From the human T2T-CHM13v2.0 reference genome, Homo sapiens, in the NCBI RefSeq assembly GCF_009914755.1, contig NC_060932.1: a DNA stretch of 64,000 nucleotides; one strand, 5' to 3'. A program made the position numbers and the translations under genes. The first letter of the stretch is position 1, and each line of letters starts with the position of its first letter. Of the stretch, positions 1-13,437 are shown one piece after another. Below the pieces are notes generated by a model. The model made no database searches. It saw only the letters and a list, made by a program, of their open reading frames with translations, and was not told the DNA's origin.

Positions 1-2791
1 GAATTCTAAACATGAAAGAAGGATACTTGCTACCATAATAAAATCCTTGCTACCAGATATGAAAAAAGGATACTTGTTACCATAAAAGCACACATAAGTA
101 CAAAGCTCACAAACACTGTAAAGTCATTACACAAATCTACTAGCTAACATCATTATAACAAAGACAAAACCTCACATATCAATATTAGCTGTGAACATAA
201 ATGACCTAAATGCTGCACTTAGACAAAGTGTGGCAAATTGACAAAAAACAAGACTCAACATTTGGCTGTCTTCAAGAGATTCCTATGTAATGAAACTCAT
301 AGGCTAAAAGTAAAGGTATGGAGAATTACCTATCATGTAAATAGAATACAAGAAACAGCACAGTTGCTATTCTTGTATGAAATAAAACAGAGTTTAAATA
401 AAAAATAGTAAACAAAAAAAAAGACAAAGAAGGACATTATATAGTGACAAATGATTCAGTTCAACACAAAGGTTTAGCTATCCTAAATACATATGCACCC
501 AAAGTTGAATCACCCATATTTATAAAACAAATACTACTGGCCCTAAGAAAACAGATAGACAGACATACAATAATAGTGGAGGGCTTCAAAACCTCACTGA
601 CAGCACTAAGACAGATCATTGAGGCAGCAAACTAACAAAGAAACTCTAAACTTAAATTGGACTCTTTATCAAGTGGAGCTAATAGATATCTACAGCATAC
701 TTCATCCAACAACCACAGAATATACATTTTTTCTTATCTGCACAGGGAATATTCTCTAAAATTGAGACATGCTTGATCATAAAGCAAGTCTCAATAAATT
801 TTTACAAATCAAATCCATATCAAGCATATTCTCAGACCACAGTGGAATGAAACTAGAAATCAATGCCAAGAGGAACTCTCCAAACTACACAAGTATATGG
901 AAAATAAACAACTTGCTTCTGCATGACTTTTGGGTAAATAACTACATTGAGGCAGGAATCAAATAATTTTTAAAACAAATGAAAATAGAGATACAACATA
1001 CCACATCCCCTGGGATACAGTAAGAGGAAAGTTTATAGCACTAAATGCCTACATCAAAATAATGGCAAGATTTCACAACCTAATGTTTCACTTAAAGAAA
1101 TAAGAAAATCAAGAACAAGCCAAACTCAAAGCTAACAGAAGAAAATAAATAACAAAGGTGAGAGCAGAACTAAATGAAATAGATCCCCCAAAACCATGCA
1201 AAGGATCAATGAAACGAAAAGTTGGTTCTTTTTGGATAAACAAAATGGATAGATCACAAGCTAAATTAACCAAGAATAAAAGAAAGAATATTCAAAAAGC
1301 AGATCAAAAATGACAAAGGTGACATTACAATTGATATAAAATATCTTCAGAGGCTATTATGAACATCTCTATTTGTGCACACTAGAAAATCTAGAGTAAA
1401 TTGATAAATTACTGGAAACACAGCTTTCCAAGATTGAAGTAGAAAAAAATTTAAATCCTCAACAGCCCAATCATGAATCATGAATTACAGAACTGGAACG
1501 GTAACAAAAAATTAGTTGAATTCTAACAGGTGTTAAAAAATTAAAAAAAAAGGACTTGGTGCCAATCTTACTAAAACTATTCAAAAAAATTTAAAAGGAG
1601 AGATTCCTGTTTAACTCATTCTCATGAAACAAGTATTAACCTGATACCAAACTCTGGTAAGAACACAGCAAAAAAAGGAAACTACAGGCCAATATCCCTG
1701 ATGAACATAGATGCAAAAATCCTCAACAAAATACTCGCAAATCAAATCTGGCTACACATATATAGCCAGTCATGGTGACACGTTCCTTTAGTCTCAGCTA
1801 CTCAGGAGGCTAAGGTGGGAGTATCAGTTGGGCCCAGGAGGTTGTGACCACATTGAGTTGTGATTCCACCACTGCACTCTAGCCTGAGTGAAAGAGCAAG
1901 ACCCAGTCTGAAAAAAAAAAAGATAATTAATCTTTTCATCTCATTCATGCGAGTATTTCTGGGATGTAACGATGGTTCAAAATATGCAAATCAATAAATG
2001 TGATTTACCACATGAATAGAATTCAAAACAAAAACCATATGATCATTTCAATAGATGCAAAGAAGCATTTGATAAAATCTATCCTTTCATGATAAAAAAA
2101 AATCTCACCAAACTAGGCATCAAAGGAACTCAAATTAATGAGCCATTTATGACAAATATACAGCCATCATACTGACGAGGCAAAAGTTGAAAGCATTTCC
2201 CCTAAGAACTGGAACAAGTCAAAGATGTTGACTCTCACCACTCCCATCTAACATAGTACTAGAAATCCTTGCCAGAGCAATTAGGCAAGAAAAAGAAGTA
2301 AAAGGCTTTCAAATTAGAAAAGAGGAAGTAAAAGTACCTCTGTCCTCTGATGACATAATCCTGTATCTAAGAACTCCTAAGGATTAAAAGACACCTACAT
2401 CTGATAAATGAATCCAATAAAATTTCAGGATGCAATATCAGTGTACAAAATCAGTAACATTTATATACACCAACAATGTTCAAGCTGATAACCAAATGAA
2501 GAACTCAATAACACTGACACTATCCACACAAAAATATAATACCTAGGAATGCATTCAACCAAGGAGGTGAAGGATCTCTACAATAATATGTACAAAACAC
2601 TGCTGAAAGAAATCATAGATGAAACAAACAAATGGAAAAATATTCTATGCTCATGAATCAGAAGAATCAATATTGTTAAATGACCATACTTCCCAAAGCA
2701 ATCTACAGATTCAATCCAATACCTAATGAATTAACAATGACATTTTTTCAGATAATGAGAACAAAAACTATTCTAAAATTCAAATGGAACC
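1..2791 (+). mobile_element. Old primate LINE-1 (L1PA15-17/L1PB-like): inter-ORF region plus decayed ORF2 endonuclease and RT
   Basis: ORF2 start region at ~155 (cctcacatatcaatattagctgtgaacataaatg). ORFs 444..635 (ILNTYAPK..IIVEGFKTSL) and 769..966 (SIFSDHSGMKLEIN..WKINNLLLHDFWVNN) match the L1 ORF2 EN domain. RT motifs [21 protein letters not shown] at ~1680-1742. Many stops and frameshifts. Confidence 0.95.
1763..1921 (+). mobile_element. Alu right monomer (AluJ/FRAM-like) inserted in L1 ORF2
   Basis: cagctactcaggaggctaaggtgggag...ccactgcactctagcctgagtgaaagagcaagacc plus an A-tail; L1 sequence resumes on both sides. Confidence 0.9.
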
Positions 2792-2836
2792 TGTAAGGTT
2801 CTTGTATCTGTTCAAATCCTGAGAGTGCACCAACAA
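2792..2836 (-). mobile_element. ~45-bp LTR terminal remnant at an L1 deletion junction
   Basis: TGTAAGGTTCTTGTATCTGTTCAAATCCTGAGAGTGCACCAACAA is non-L1, starts with TG, and resembles the reverse-complemented U5 end of an ERV LTR. Family not determined. Confidence 0.55.
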
Positions 2837-3245
2837 TTTTTAAAATGTGGTATGTACACACCATGTGCCACAGCCATATTATGGAATGCTACATAGCCAT
2901 AAAAAAGAATGAAATATCATATCCTTCACATCCACATGAATGCAGCTGGAAACCATAATTTTAAGCAAATTAATGCAGAAACACAAAGTCAAATACTGCA
3001 GGTTCTCACTTGTGTTTAAACAATAGGTATATATGAGCATAAAGATGGAAACAATAGACACTGGGGACCCCAAAATGGGGAAGAGAAGAAGAAAGGCGTT
3101 GAACAAACTACCTATTGTGTACTATGTTCACTATTTGGCTTATGAATTCACTAGAAGCCCAAACACCAGCATTATGCAATGCACCCATGTGACAAACCTG
3201 CACATGTACCCCCTGAATCTATTATTGATTAAAAAAAGAAAATTC
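2837..3245 (+). mobile_element. LINE-1 ORF2 C-terminus and 3' UTR with A-rich tail
   Basis: aaaatgtggtatgtacacaccatg...aaacctgcacatgtaccccctgaatcta followed by an A-rich tail. Confidence 0.92.
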
Positions 3246-3821
3246 TGACACATTAAGGGGGAAAAAAAACAGTTTCATCTATTTTCCAAGAAAAGAATAG
3301 ATGACATAATTCCTAAATTGTTGAAATATATATCAAAATATGTTCATTCCACAGAAAGTTGGATTTATGGAATTATTTTTAAAATAAAATAAGCACTCAT
3401 CTCTTTTCTGAAGTTTCTCTTTTCCCCAGTCTATGAACATTGATGCTTGCTCACTTCAAACTCCTGCTCCTAAATCTCTGATAGAAGGAAAATCATATCT
3501 TTTCCAGCCACTAACACTCTTTTTGTTGTTATTGTTTTTATAGCCATCGATACTATCCTTGTTAAAATATTATCTCCCAAGACTACTTATATTCTCTGCC
3601 TGAAATATCTTCCAGATGGGTCTTTAATGTTTCAACTGTACACTTAATATGACATAAAATTTGTTCTAAAGTACACTATTTCAGGATGGGTAGGTGGGGG
3701 TGTGGGAGTGGGAGAGAGTGAACTGCTTCCAGCTGCACTCAGATGCCAGTCTAGAAACAGATATCATCCACAGCCATCTAGGTCCTGAAGTGGAGACCAG
3801 GTTATCAGTTCAGATTTCAAC

Positions 3822-4058
3822 TGTGATGTAATAGTTAAGAGCTCGAACTCTGGGGGCAAAACCACTTATGCTGATGAGTCCTTATCTTGATAGCTGTGTG
3901 ATTTGGTGGAAATTACTTAACCTCTCTATGGCTTAGTTTCTTCAGCTCTAAAATTAGGATATTAAGATCCTCATAGTGTCAATGGGAGTATTAAATGAGT
4001 TTATTATGAAAGAATTTAGAACAGTGTCTTATACATAGGAATGCCATGTAAATATTAG
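3822..4058 (+). mobile_element. MIR SINE
   Basis: MIR core agctgtgtgatttgg..ttacttaacctctctatggcttagtttcttcagctctaaaattagg and tail attaaatgag..agaacagtgtct. Confidence 0.8.
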
Positions 4059-5893
4059 ATTTTAATCACTGTGAATTTTCCTTGGGTGGCCTTCGGTATA
4101 TTTCTTAATCTATTTAAAATGTTCAACATGTAAATCCCTTTCCTCTCAGGAAGATCCTTGTTGACTATGAAATTTTTCTTAACTCTTCTGAGCTCTGCAG
4201 TCCAGTGTATTTTTGATGTGGTAACTTCTGTCTAGATACTAATGTCCAATTTAGAAGGTTCTGAAAGCTGCCTGTCAAAGATTCTTCTGAAAACAAACTT
4301 GCTGACTCCAAGCTGACAATTTTTAAAGAGCAGCTTCTCTAGCAAATGCTCAGCCAGAACGGTACACAACTACCTGATACATTTTACAACATGGACATGT
4401 TTCAATACATGTTCTTAGTCAGCTATTCATAAAAGCTGAAAGTGAACATTAGTGAAAACAGTGAACTACGGACAAAGATAGAAGGTCAACTATCTTCTTT
4501 TCGGAGGCAGATCAGAAAGATGCCAGAATTTTTGTACAAAGCATCTCAACCCTGCTCCAGCATTTGGAGAATCACTCTATTGAGACTGGAAAAGATAATT
4601 TATTTATAATTACTGACCACTTGAACTATTAAAGAGCCTCACAATAATTCCTTTAAAATGCCCAACACTGAGCTCAGGGCATTTTGAAGTAAACATTGTA
4701 AATTTATCTATTAGATATGATTATTTAGTGCAGTTAATTTAATATTACAGTTTGTGAACCAGATTTAGCAAAATTTATTATTCTTCTTATATTCAGTGAC
4801 CAAAAATTTTAGTGATTTCTTATATCAAATATTATGATTAAAGTTAATCATCATAAGAATATTTTCCCTTGTTTTTCAGATATTCCATTTATTATAAGTT
4901 TTATAATTAAGTATGTGTCAAGAAAAAAGTGACTGCTAATATATCACTCTTAGCGAAATGCATATTGTCTCTTTTGCCAGCTTCCAAAACCAATCTCACC
5001 TACACAGATCATTTTGCAATGTTTTGCTCATCTAAACACAATCCATTTTTCCTTTCATATAAACATGTAAACCTTGGCAGTTCTACAATATCCAGAGCTG
5101 TAAAGAATTTTATGCAGAAATGAAACAAAAACTATATATTGAACAGTGTTCACCATCACTTATGTGCATTTTTATCTTCTTTGATCTTGTTTTTTTTTTA
5201 ATGTTAAGTTTATTCTAAAAAAAGAAACCCAACACTCATGAACTACATAGCAGTTTTGTTACTTTACTGCATGGAATCCTAAAACAAACAACTAAAAATC
5301 TGATAGCTGTAAGAGACAGGAGTTGCAATCACATGGATAATTATCTCAGCACGTCATAGTTTCCCCTAAATGCATTTAGAATATCTGATGCCTTTAAATG
5401 GCAGGAGAAATGACGGCATCTTTCACTTCGTATCTGGATGATTAGTCTTATGTAGACACAGTCTGATTTCTAGCTTTGCTATTCACAATATAAAGAGGAT
5501 ACATACATTTTCAGTGTAACTAACATGAGTATTTTTAAAAGTCATATCCACTTTCACTATGAAAGGCTATTAAATACCCATGCTCAATATCTCTGTGCCA
5601 TCATCATCGACTACCACTTATGGAGCACCCATGGGTACTGTGCTAGACAGGAAAGGGTCATTTTAAATACTTCTTAAGTTTCAGTTAATCTGCACAGATT
5701 TATCCAATGACATGTGCACTAAAGCACTTCTGTGAAAAAATACAATTTACTATTTCTTAGTGCTTATTGTAACAAACAAAATGTCTTCTTGTTTTTTTTT
5801 TTTTTTCAAGTCAGCCAATTCAGAAACACTGAGGAAAGCTAGAAGCATAATTGCATTTCATAGCTCCTTCCTTCTTCATGCTTCTGTCACTTT

Positions 5894-5904
5894 GGGTTCT
5901 TTGC

Positions 5905-5945
<41 letters not shown>

Positions 5946-6195
5946 TGAGACAGAGTCTCGCTCTGTCGCCCAGGCTGGAGTGCATTGGCACGATCTTGGC
6001 TCACTGCAACCTCTGCCTCCCGGTTGAAGCGATTCTCCTGCCTCAGCCTCCCGAGTAGCTGGGACTACAGGCACCCGCCACCACGCCTGGCTAATTTTTT
6101 TGTATTTTTAGTAGAGACGGGGTTACACCATGTTACCCACTATGATCTCAATCTCCTGACCTCTTGATCCTCCCACCTTCGCCTCCCAAAGTGCT
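5894..6195 (-). mobile_element. AluSc-like, ~30 nt 5'-truncated, (TTG)n tail, 15-bp TSD
   Basis: Alu body on the minus strand; TSD tgcttctgtcacttt at 5879-5893 and 6192-6206. Confidence 0.95.
5905..5944. repeat. (TTG)n microsatellite derived from the Alu tail
   Basis: About 13 pure TTG units. Confidence 0.95.
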
Positions 6196-6544
6196 TCTGT
6201 CACTTTCTAAATTATTTTGGCAATAAAAAAAACTAATAATAGCTGAGAAAAATTGAGAGCAGAAAATTCTTAAAAGAAAAAATAAATGTTTTCAAATTCT
6301 TACATTCCACAGTGAATTCAGTCTTTTATTGTTTTTGTTGTTAGATTGAAAATCATATCATCAAATCACAAAATGTGTATTTAGTTTTTGGTAAATGAAG
6401 AATGCATTATGATTAGTTTTCTAAATAACATATAAATATGTGTAATTCAAATAAGTGAACTCACACATTTTAACTATTTTTGAAATGTATCTTCTTGGTT
6501 AGTATGACTTTCATTGACAAATTATAGATTAAAAAACAGTATTA

Positions 6545-7086
6545 TAATTGTTTTATACACTGTGAAATGGTTAAATCAAGATAAATAACATATGCCTCAC
6601 CTCAAATATTTAGTAATTTTTTTTACGAATTTTTGAAATTTATTCTCAGTGAAATGTAAATATTCAATACTTAATTATTAGCCATATTCACCATGCTGTG
6701 GGATTGATCTCAAAAGAAAAGAAAAAAATATCAAACATTTCTACTAAGAATTTTCACCCTTCGACAGTCATCTTCCCATTCTCCCTATCTTCCTAACCTC
6801 TGGTAACCACCTTTCTGCTCTCTGCTTCCATGAGTTCAGTGGTTTTAGATTCCACAGGCAAGTAAAAACATGCAGTGTTTGTCTTATTTCACTTAGCATA
6901 ATGTTCTCCAGTTCCATCAATATTTTTTCAAATGACAGAATTTCTTTTTAAGGCTGAATAGAATTCCATTGTGTATACATACCAGTTTTTTTTAATCCAT
7001 TCATTTCTTGATGAACATTCAGGTTGATTTCATAATATGGATATTGTGAATAGTGCTGCCATGAACACAGGGGTGCGGGTATCTCT
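6545..7086 (-). mobile_element. L1MA-type 3' end
   Basis: ctctggtaaccacc..tttagattccac..atttcacttagcataatgttctccagttccatc..gtgaatagtgctgccatgaac is typical antisense L1MA 3' sequence. Confidence 0.85.
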
Positions 7087-7264
7087 GACTGGTCTATTTT
7101 GTTCTATCAAGCAATTTTAACAACAGATTTGAGAAACAAACATAGATCCTATGTTTGAACTATATTGCCATCGATTTTAAAAAAATCAATTTGCTGGGAC
7201 ATTTAGGGAATTATTATAAATCTCCATCATAATAAAACAGGAATAAGAGAAACATCATAATATA

Positions 7265-7640
7265 TGTTTAGTTGGGCATATCTACAAGTCACCAATATCC
7301 TGTTTTCCTGTGTTTAAAAGAACACAAGAGATTTGTATTTCCTCACCTTCTTGAAGTTAGACATGAGCATTTGACCTCCAGTGGGTAATGATATAATCAG
7401 AAGTGTGTATCACTTGCAGGTGGAAGTGTTTAGTTGGCATCCAATTCTCCAGTCTGCTCTCCTTCTCCTGTGATAAAAGCAGAAGTACTGCTAATGTGGA
7501 AACACAACACCCAGCTGCCGATGGAAAGTTGCTTAGACTTGCAGTGGACGTTGCTTGAGGAAAAAACAAATGTGGTTGTTTTAAGCCACTGAAATTGTTG
7601 AGTTTGTTTTTAAGGCATAATCAAGCTATTCTGATAGAAT
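7265..7640 (+). mobile_element. MaLR LTR (MLT1J/I-like)
   Basis: catttcc..gaagttagacatg..gaagtg..tcactt..ggtggaag and 3' end gttgttttaagccactgaaatt..gcataa..ctattctga. Confidence 0.65.
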
Positions 7641-8399
7641 GAGTACATTTAATAAGTCAAAATTGCATATTCTTAACATGAAATATATATTTATTATAGT
7701 TTGTTTTTCACCTGACAATGATGGAAAGTAAATGTAGGATATCAAAAGTGAATACTTTAATTTATGGTAAAAATTCTATATTTACTTGATTTTCTTTGCC
7801 AATAAAACCTTTCAATTTGTACTCTAGCTGTTTAGCTTGGCAGATAATAAAAGAGAAAGAGGAGAGAGAGAGAGAATGTCTTATTTGCCTGTTGCTATCA
7901 TTCTATACTTTAAGACATAACTCAAGCTACTTTTCCCTCATGATTCTTCCACTCCATAAGTAATTTTATTTTGCCTTTTGCTCCCATAGCACATTGTTAA
8001 ATCTTTAATTTTTCAATTTTACACATGTTCGGATTTGCTCAGTTTTCTTGATACTTCCAAACTTGCCACAGGTATTATTTAAAAAGTACATCTCTAGACC
8101 CTCATATTTTTATTTTGTAATCTGTCTGGTCTCTATTTTCCAAATCTTGTTTTGTCCTGCCCTGCCTCTTCAAATGCCTTCTTAAGAATCTGGTTTTTAT
8201 TCTTCAACTGTCCATAATGAAATGTGATGTTAGAGTCTGTCTCTTGCTAAGGATGTCTCTCCTGAAACTTAAAATTCAGTTCATTTTGCCTAGCATTCTC
8301 TGCAGTATGCTATCATTAACGTTAGAATCATTCTTAATCACTTTGTTTTTGAACAACTCTGAATTTCTTTGCTGCTCTCTTGCTTTTGCTTTTTTTCTT

Positions 8400-9290
8400 T
8401 AAACCCAGTAGGCAAATTAAAAATCATTGTTATATTCAATTTTCTGCCTTCTGTATACTTTTACTGGCACAACTAACTTGGTTGAGAAAACCTCACAACC
8501 AAGCTGACTAGTCTCAATTTCAATCAAGATCATATGATACACGTGATTTCTGTTTATGTGCATAGGGCTTCCCCAGTCCTAGATAAGCCAGTCCCTACAG
8601 ATGAGTACCAGATCTGGTTCCCTATTCATATCTAACTAAAGAAGAGGGCTCTAGCAATTATCCAATCTCTTGGTTGCATCATCAAATATTCCTTCTTTAT
8701 TGGATCATTTCACAAAGTGTATGATCATTATTTCTCGCATTTTATTAAGCAATCTCACAAACAAAAAACTTCGTTGTTCTCAATGCCCCTTCAGCAATGA
8801 CCCACTTCTCTCCTTCTTTTTAGGAACATTCATCCTGAAATGGTTTCTAAACTCATAGTCTCCAAATTCTTGTCCTTCCCCATTCTGTCTTGAATCCACT
8901 ATAATCAGGTTTTAATTACCACCATCCACTAAAATTGTTTTCAACAAAATCACAAAAGACCTATGCTTTGTTACATTGAATGGTCATCTCTTAGTCTTAT
9001 CTTGCTTTATGTGTCAGCAATATTTGAAGTACTTGTTTTCTCTCTTCTTGAAAGAAGCTATTCACTTAGCTTCTAGGATATCATTGACTTCTAGATTTTC
9101 TCCTACATTTTTACCATTTTAAATAGTTCTTAGTCTTTTTTTATAGTTTAGAGTTTATATTCCTCATTTTACCAACCTGGAAGTGTTGGAGAGCCCAAAG
9201 CTCTGCCCTTTAACCTATACAGGTTTTTAGCCTCTAATTTTTTCCTTGGTTTTATCTAGCTTCATGGCCTTAAATATCATCTATATGATA
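8400..9290 (+). mobile_element. L2 LINE, RT-region fossil
   Basis: tgaatccactataatcaggtttt..caccatccactaaaattgtt..cttagtcttatcttgctttatgtgtcagcaatatttga matches L2 ORF2. Confidence 0.75.
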
Positions 9291-9882
9291 TTCCTTTTGA
9301 ATAGATTATACATGTGGATATTTTCCCCAGTTTATTGTGAAATCTTGGAGATGGGGGTAGTAAGGTTTATATATCCTTACACTTCCAGTAAATTCATAGT
9401 TCATAAGTGATGCTAAATACATGTGTGCTTTCTCCTTTCATTTTACCTCTTGCATCTGGAATATACACGGGAGTGATAATAAAAGTAGAAAATGTAAATT
9501 ACAACTAGCCTTAAAATATTCTTAGAGTTAACTATAAATATTGTTCCTAACTAGGTAAACAGATAATTACATTGTGTGATCCTTATAGTTTTCCACGAAA
9601 ACTTATAATGAATATGAACTATAAAAATGCCTTAAAATAATTCTGTTAATCTATTTTACATCTCAGATATTCTTTGCACTTCCTTATATTGGGAAAGTGA
9701 CTACTGACATGAATAAGAATTATTCAAGACAAGAGTTGCCGGCCATTACCAAGAAAAGAATAATGTTAGACAGAATGATATTTGATAACAAAATTTCTGG
9801 CAGACAGCAACCAAGGACTACCTAAAATACAGGACAAAGAAGATCAAGTGGAAACTTAGAGCAAAGGAAACAGAGTGATCTA

Positions 9883-10070
9883 GGACATTTTCTGAATGTC
9901 AGCACTATTAATATTTTGAAGCAGATAATTCTTTGTTGTGGGGGCGGGGGTGTCCTGTTCATTATAGGATGTTTAGCAGTGTCATTGACTTCTACCCCAT
10001 TAGAGGCCAACAGCATCTTCCTTCCAGTTGGAACAATTACAGATGTCCTGATATTGGCACCTCTTCTTTG
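9883..10070 (-). mobile_element. MER20 (hAT-Charlie)
   Basis: gcactattaatattttg..ataattctttgttgtggggg..tgtcctgt..aggatgtttagcag is the MER20 reverse complement. Confidence 0.85.
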
Positions 10071-10449
10071 ACATTGCAAATTACTGGTATGGTAGGGTAA
10101 GGAAGACATTAAAATACAAGGCCGAGAATATATGAAATCATAAAATTCTAAGTATATTAAACAGAAAACATCAAATTTCTTGTGTTTTATCCAAAGATAT
10201 CTTTTGACTCTTATGAATTTTTACGCTCTCTAGGGTGTGTGGGTGAACAAGGGTTCAATGTTTAGCTTGCTTCCAGGGAAGATGACATAAGAAAAGACTC
10301 CTCCTCAGTGAGTCATGGGTTGTGGACTTTGCAGTGGTTCTTTGCATCTAGAATACCCACTTGGAGTGATAATACAAGTGAATATAACATTTGTGTCTAG
10401 CTTCACCTATTTTCAGTGTTCAATATTAATATTGTTATTAAACGTTAAT

Positions 10450-11240
10450 AGGGGAATGATGGGCATATTTTCTGGCATAGGGTATGAGCAACTAAAGAAG
10501 AAGAACAGTAAACAAAATCCAAACAATATCACACCACCAAACCATATTACTAAAGGGAAAGGAAAACTGAGTAAGCAGGAATTTAATAAAAAATTAAGTA
10601 CAATATATTTAGGTTAAGAGAAGGTAGAGGTATCATTAAAAAAAGATGAATAAGAAGATTATGTTGTATAAAAATTATTACAACAAAAAAATAAAGAAAT
10701 ATTCAGGAAGAAAACATACCTAAAGAAATAAAAGACATTTCCTCCAACAAATGATTCATACTTCATAACTGATGAAGTTTTACAAAGGTAAAAAACACAA
10801 GCTAGGATTATATAATGAAAAAAACAGTATACACAATTACATGTATAAGCAAATAAATTCAAATTCATTACTAAATAACACCATTAGAGTATTAATCATA
10901 ATAGAAATAATAAATGAACAATTAAATAGACATACCAAGTTTCAGAGTAGACATATCTGAAAATCAAATTATTGACATGAAAATTTCTGAGAATGGAAAG
11001 AAATTTTTTGACAAAGATAAAAGTAATTTTAAAGAAATACATATGGCTGACAAAGAATGAAAATCAAACATAGATAATTTGAGTTCCTGAAGTATAGAAG
11101 AGAATAAATAAAGGAGAAATTAAAATTTAAAAGTTATTTTATGGGTAAATTATAAATAAAGATTAAAAATATAACATTTAGAATTTCACTGAGTGTCATA
11201 ATCTAAAGAAAATAATGCAAGAGACATACAAGTGTGTATG
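10450..11240 (+). mobile_element. Very old, A-rich L1/HAL1 ORF1-like fossil
   Basis: Strong A skew and motif aacata..taatttgagttcctgaag..gagaa typical of ancient L1 ORF1. Boundaries uncertain. Confidence 0.35.
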
Positions 11241-11254
11241 TGTGCACATGTATA

Positions 11255-13437
11255 CAGGCATACCATGTTTTACTGTACTTCACTTTATTTCACTTCACAG
11301 ATACTGCATTTTTTAAATAAATTGAGGATTTGTGGCAACCTCGTGTGGAGTAAGTCATCAGCACAATTTTTCCACCAACATGAGCCCACTTAGTGTCACT
11401 GTGTCATATTTTGGTGACTCTTGCAATCTTTAAGACTTTTTTCTTATAATTATATCTGTTATGATAACCTGTGATTAGTGATCTTGATATTACTACTGTA
11501 ATTGCCTTGAGATAACCACACCATGTGAGAAGGTAAAATAATTGATAAATATCGTGTGTGTTCTGACTGCTCCAAAAACCAGCTGGCCACTGTCCCTCAC
11601 CTTGGACCTTCCTACTCCATGAGACATAACAATATTAAAATTAGGTCTACTAATAACCCTACTATGACCTCTAATTTTTCAAGTGCAATGGAGAGTTGTA
11701 CATCTCTCACTTTAAATCAAAAACTAGAAATGATTGAGTTTAGTGAGGAAGACATGCTGAAAACAGAGTTGTGAATGAAAAAAAAAGTTCTGAAGGAAAT
11801 GAAAGGTGATACTCCAGTGAACACATGAATGATAAGAAAGAGAATGAACCTTATTACTTATATGGAGAAAGTTTTAGTCGTCTGGATAGATGATCAAACC
11901 AGCCACAAAATTCCTTAAACCAAAGCCTAATCTAGAGCAAAGCCCTAACTCTCTTTAATTATATGAAGGTTGAGAAACATGAGGAAACTACAGAAGTTTG
12001 AAGCTTGCAGAGGTTAGTTCATGAGCTTTAAAAAAAGAAGCTGTCTGCATAGCATAAAAGTGCCACATGAAGCAGCAGTTGCAGATGTAGAAGTGGCAGC
12101 AAGTTATCCAATAGATCTAGCTAAGATAACTGATGAAGGGGGCTACACTCAACAACAGATTTTCAGTGTAGGCAAAATGGCCTTCTATTTGAAGAAGACA
12201 CCACTAGGACTTTCATAGATAGTGAAGAGTCAATGCCAGTCTTCAAAGCTTCAAAAGACAGGCTGACTCTTTTGTTAGGGGCTAACACGGCTAGTGTGAC
12301 ATCAAGTTGAAGCCACTGGTCATTTACCATTTTGAAGATCTTAGGGCCCTCAAGAATTATGCTACATCTACTCTGCCCGTGCTCTATAAATGGAACAACA
12401 GAGCCTGGATGACAGCACATCTATTAACAGCATGGTTACTAAACATTTGAAGCCTATTTTTGAAATAACTATTCTTATTATCAAGCCTGCTAGCACAATA
12501 TCTATTCTGCAGACCATGCATCGAGTAGTAATTTCAAGTTTCAAGACTTATTATTTAAGAAATAATTTTTATAAGGCAATCACTGCCATAAATAATAACT
12601 CCTCTGATGGCTTCTGGCAAGGATTTACTATTCTAGATGCCATTAAGAACATCTGTGATTCATGGGAGGAGGTCAAAATATCAACATTAACAGGATGACT
12701 TTGCAAAATTCAAGACTTCAGTGGGGGAAGTAACTGCAGATGTTCTGGAAAAAGGAAGAAAACTTGAATTAGAAGTAGAGCCTGAAGATGTGACTGAGTT
12801 GCTGCACTGTAATAAAGCTTAAATGGATGAGGAGTTGTTTCTTATGAATGAGCAAAGAAAGTGTTTCTTTGAGATAGACTTTACTCCTGGTGAAGACGCT
12901 GTGAACATTGTTGAAATGACATCAAAGATTTAGAACATTACACTAACTTACTTCAAAAAGCAGCAGCAGGGTTTGAGAAGACTGACTACTTTTGAAAGAA
13001 ATTCTACTGTATGTCAAATGCTATCAAACAGCATCACATGCTACAAAGAAATCTTTTGTAAAAGGAAGGGTCAATGGATGAGGCAAACTCCATTGTTGAC
13101 TTCTTTTAAGAAATTACTACAACCACTTCAACCTTCGACAGCCTCCGCTGTGATAAATAAGCAGCCATTAACATGAAGGAAAGACCCTCCACCAACAAAA
13201 TGATTACGACTCGTTATAGACTCAGATTACCATAGTATGTTTTAGCCATAAAGTTTTTTTTTTTTTTTCAGATACGCACGTTATTTAGACATAATGCTCT
13301 TACACACTTAATAGACTACAAATTAGTCTTTTAACTCTACTGGAAAATCAAAAAATGCATGTGACTGGGTTTGTTGCTACCTTAGCTTTATTAGGGTGGT
13401 CTGTAACCAAACCTGCAATATCTCCAAGGCATGCTCA
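11255..13437 (+). mobile_element. Tigger1 DNA transposon (pogo/Tc1-mariner), near full length, decayed transposase
   Basis: Begins TA|CAGGCATACC and ends ..cctgcaatatctccaaggcatgc. ORFs 11556.. (TSLTLNQKLEMIEFSEE), 12021.. ([28 protein letters not shown]) and 12390.. (FWQGFTILDAIKNICDSWEEVK) are Tigger1/TIGD1-like transposase pieces. Confidence 0.95.

Noticed and set aside
1-6. GAATTC at position 1
   Set aside because: Probably the cloning site of the sequenced insert, not a biological feature.
12-84. Direct repeats atgaaa.aaggatacttg.taccata separated by a spacer (CRISPR-like look)
   Set aside because: Only two and a half copies inside L1; a local tandem duplication in a eukaryotic context.
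5760-6167. Poly-Q and poly-L ORFs
   Set aside because: They are translations of an Alu and its (TTG)n tail, not a gene.
11556-13176. TIGD1-like domesticated transposase gene
   Set aside because: The ORF is fragmented with internal deletions; this is an ordinary Tigger1 fossil.
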